IMG/VR virus record: IMGVR_UViG_2724679058_000007
Direction: 5' to 3' (one strand)
Length of the DNA: 35,236 nucleotides
Origin: a virus
Taxonomy: Duplodnaviria; Heunggongvirae; Uroviricota; Caudoviricetes
The position numbers were made by a program, and so were the translations under genes. Below the pieces are notes generated by a model. The model saw nothing but the letters and a program-made list of their open reading frames with translations, ran no database searches and was not told the DNA's origin. This document shows positions 34,851-35,236 of the stretch, piece after piece. The stretch's first letter is position 1. Each line of letters begins with the position of its first letter.

Positions 34851-35236
34851 GCGACCTGAATCAGTTTCGTAGTAAAGGGCCGGAACTGTTGGTAGAGCTG
34901 GCACAGCATACCTCTGAGACCGTCCGCGAGATTATTGATATCGAACCCGCAGTTGCCGACCAGATTGGTCAGGCCGTAGCGAACCGCATGATGCAGGTCT
35001 GGGGCGGGCAAAACGTCTATTTCCCGATGGGCATGGTCTGGAAGGTCAGCCAGCGCGATCGGGAAATCTTTCTGGAGTTTGACGGGCGCAACCATCACGA
35101 ACTGGCCCGCAAATTTGGTGTTTCGCTACAGTGGGTTTACAGCGTGGTGAAGCGGGTCAGAAAAGAAGAACTGGATCGGATGCAGGGCAAACTGTTTGAT
35201 GGCGAACCTGATGCCGATACGGGGAAAAAGGAGTAA
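34847..35236 (+). CDS. mor: Mor/C-family transcriptional activator
   Basis: Start at MSDLNQF (ATGA overlap with the gemA-like stop); C-terminal HTH region ...REIFLEFDGRNHHELARKFGVSLQWVYSVVKRVRKEE; ends at the last base of the window. Confidence 0.65.
   Translation: MSDLNQFRSKGPELLVELAQHTSETVREIIDIEPAVADQIGQAVANRMMQVWGGQNVYFPMGMVWKVSQRDREIFLEFDGRNHHELARKFGVSLQWVYSVVKRVRKEELDRMQGKLFDGEPDADTGKKE

Larger units (their letters stand above)
60..35236. mobile_element. Mu-like transposable prophage, nearly complete; late arm on minus strand, early arm on plus strand
   Basis: Contiguous set of Mu-type early genes (repressor, Ner, DDE transposase, MuB-like ATPase, GemA, Mor) and late genes (lysis, terminase, portal, F, G, I, capsid, sheath, tube, tape measure, baseplate, tail fibre, invertase). 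Left boundary is uncertain and may lie within the first ~100 bp; right end lies beyond the window. Confidence 0.85.

Noticed and set aside
1-35236. CRISPR arrays, tRNA or rRNA genes
   Set aside because: No array of regularly spaced direct repeats and no intergenic region long enough to hold one; no cloverleaf-like tRNA candidate or rRNA-like sequence noticed by eye. A dedicated tRNA scan was not possible.

Overview
The window is almost entirely one Mu-like transposable prophage, read by eye from the six-frame ORF track and raw sequence (no searches run). The late arm lies on the minus strand: lysis cassette (holin-like, SLT endolysin, i-spanin with embedded o-spanin) near 24.6 kb, then terminase, portal, Mu F/G/I-like head proteins, major capsid, sheath, tube, tape measure, a P2-like baseplate (D, V, W, J, I), and a tail fibre ending in an invertible host-range segment next to a Gin/Hin-family invertase at the far left. 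The early arm lies on the plus strand from about 27.6 kb: repressor (minus) and Ner-like gene divergent, then a DDE transposase, a MuB-like AAA+ ATPase, DUF3164-like, GemA-like and Mor-like genes. The arms diverge from a roughly 3-kb accessory locus (24.6-27.2 kb) holding two uncharacterised ORFs, a Dam-family methyltransferase and an AT-rich lipoprotein gene. This organisation differs from Mu itself and, as I recall, resembles the BcepMu-like group. Most worth a second look: the invertible segment with hix/gix-like repeats; single-nucleotide frameshifts in the invertase, the gpI-like tail gene and apparently the portal (real decay or sequencing error); an unplaced 93-aa ORF plus strong terminator between tube and chaperone; and the accessory locus. 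No rRNA, tRNA or CRISPR array was recognised.
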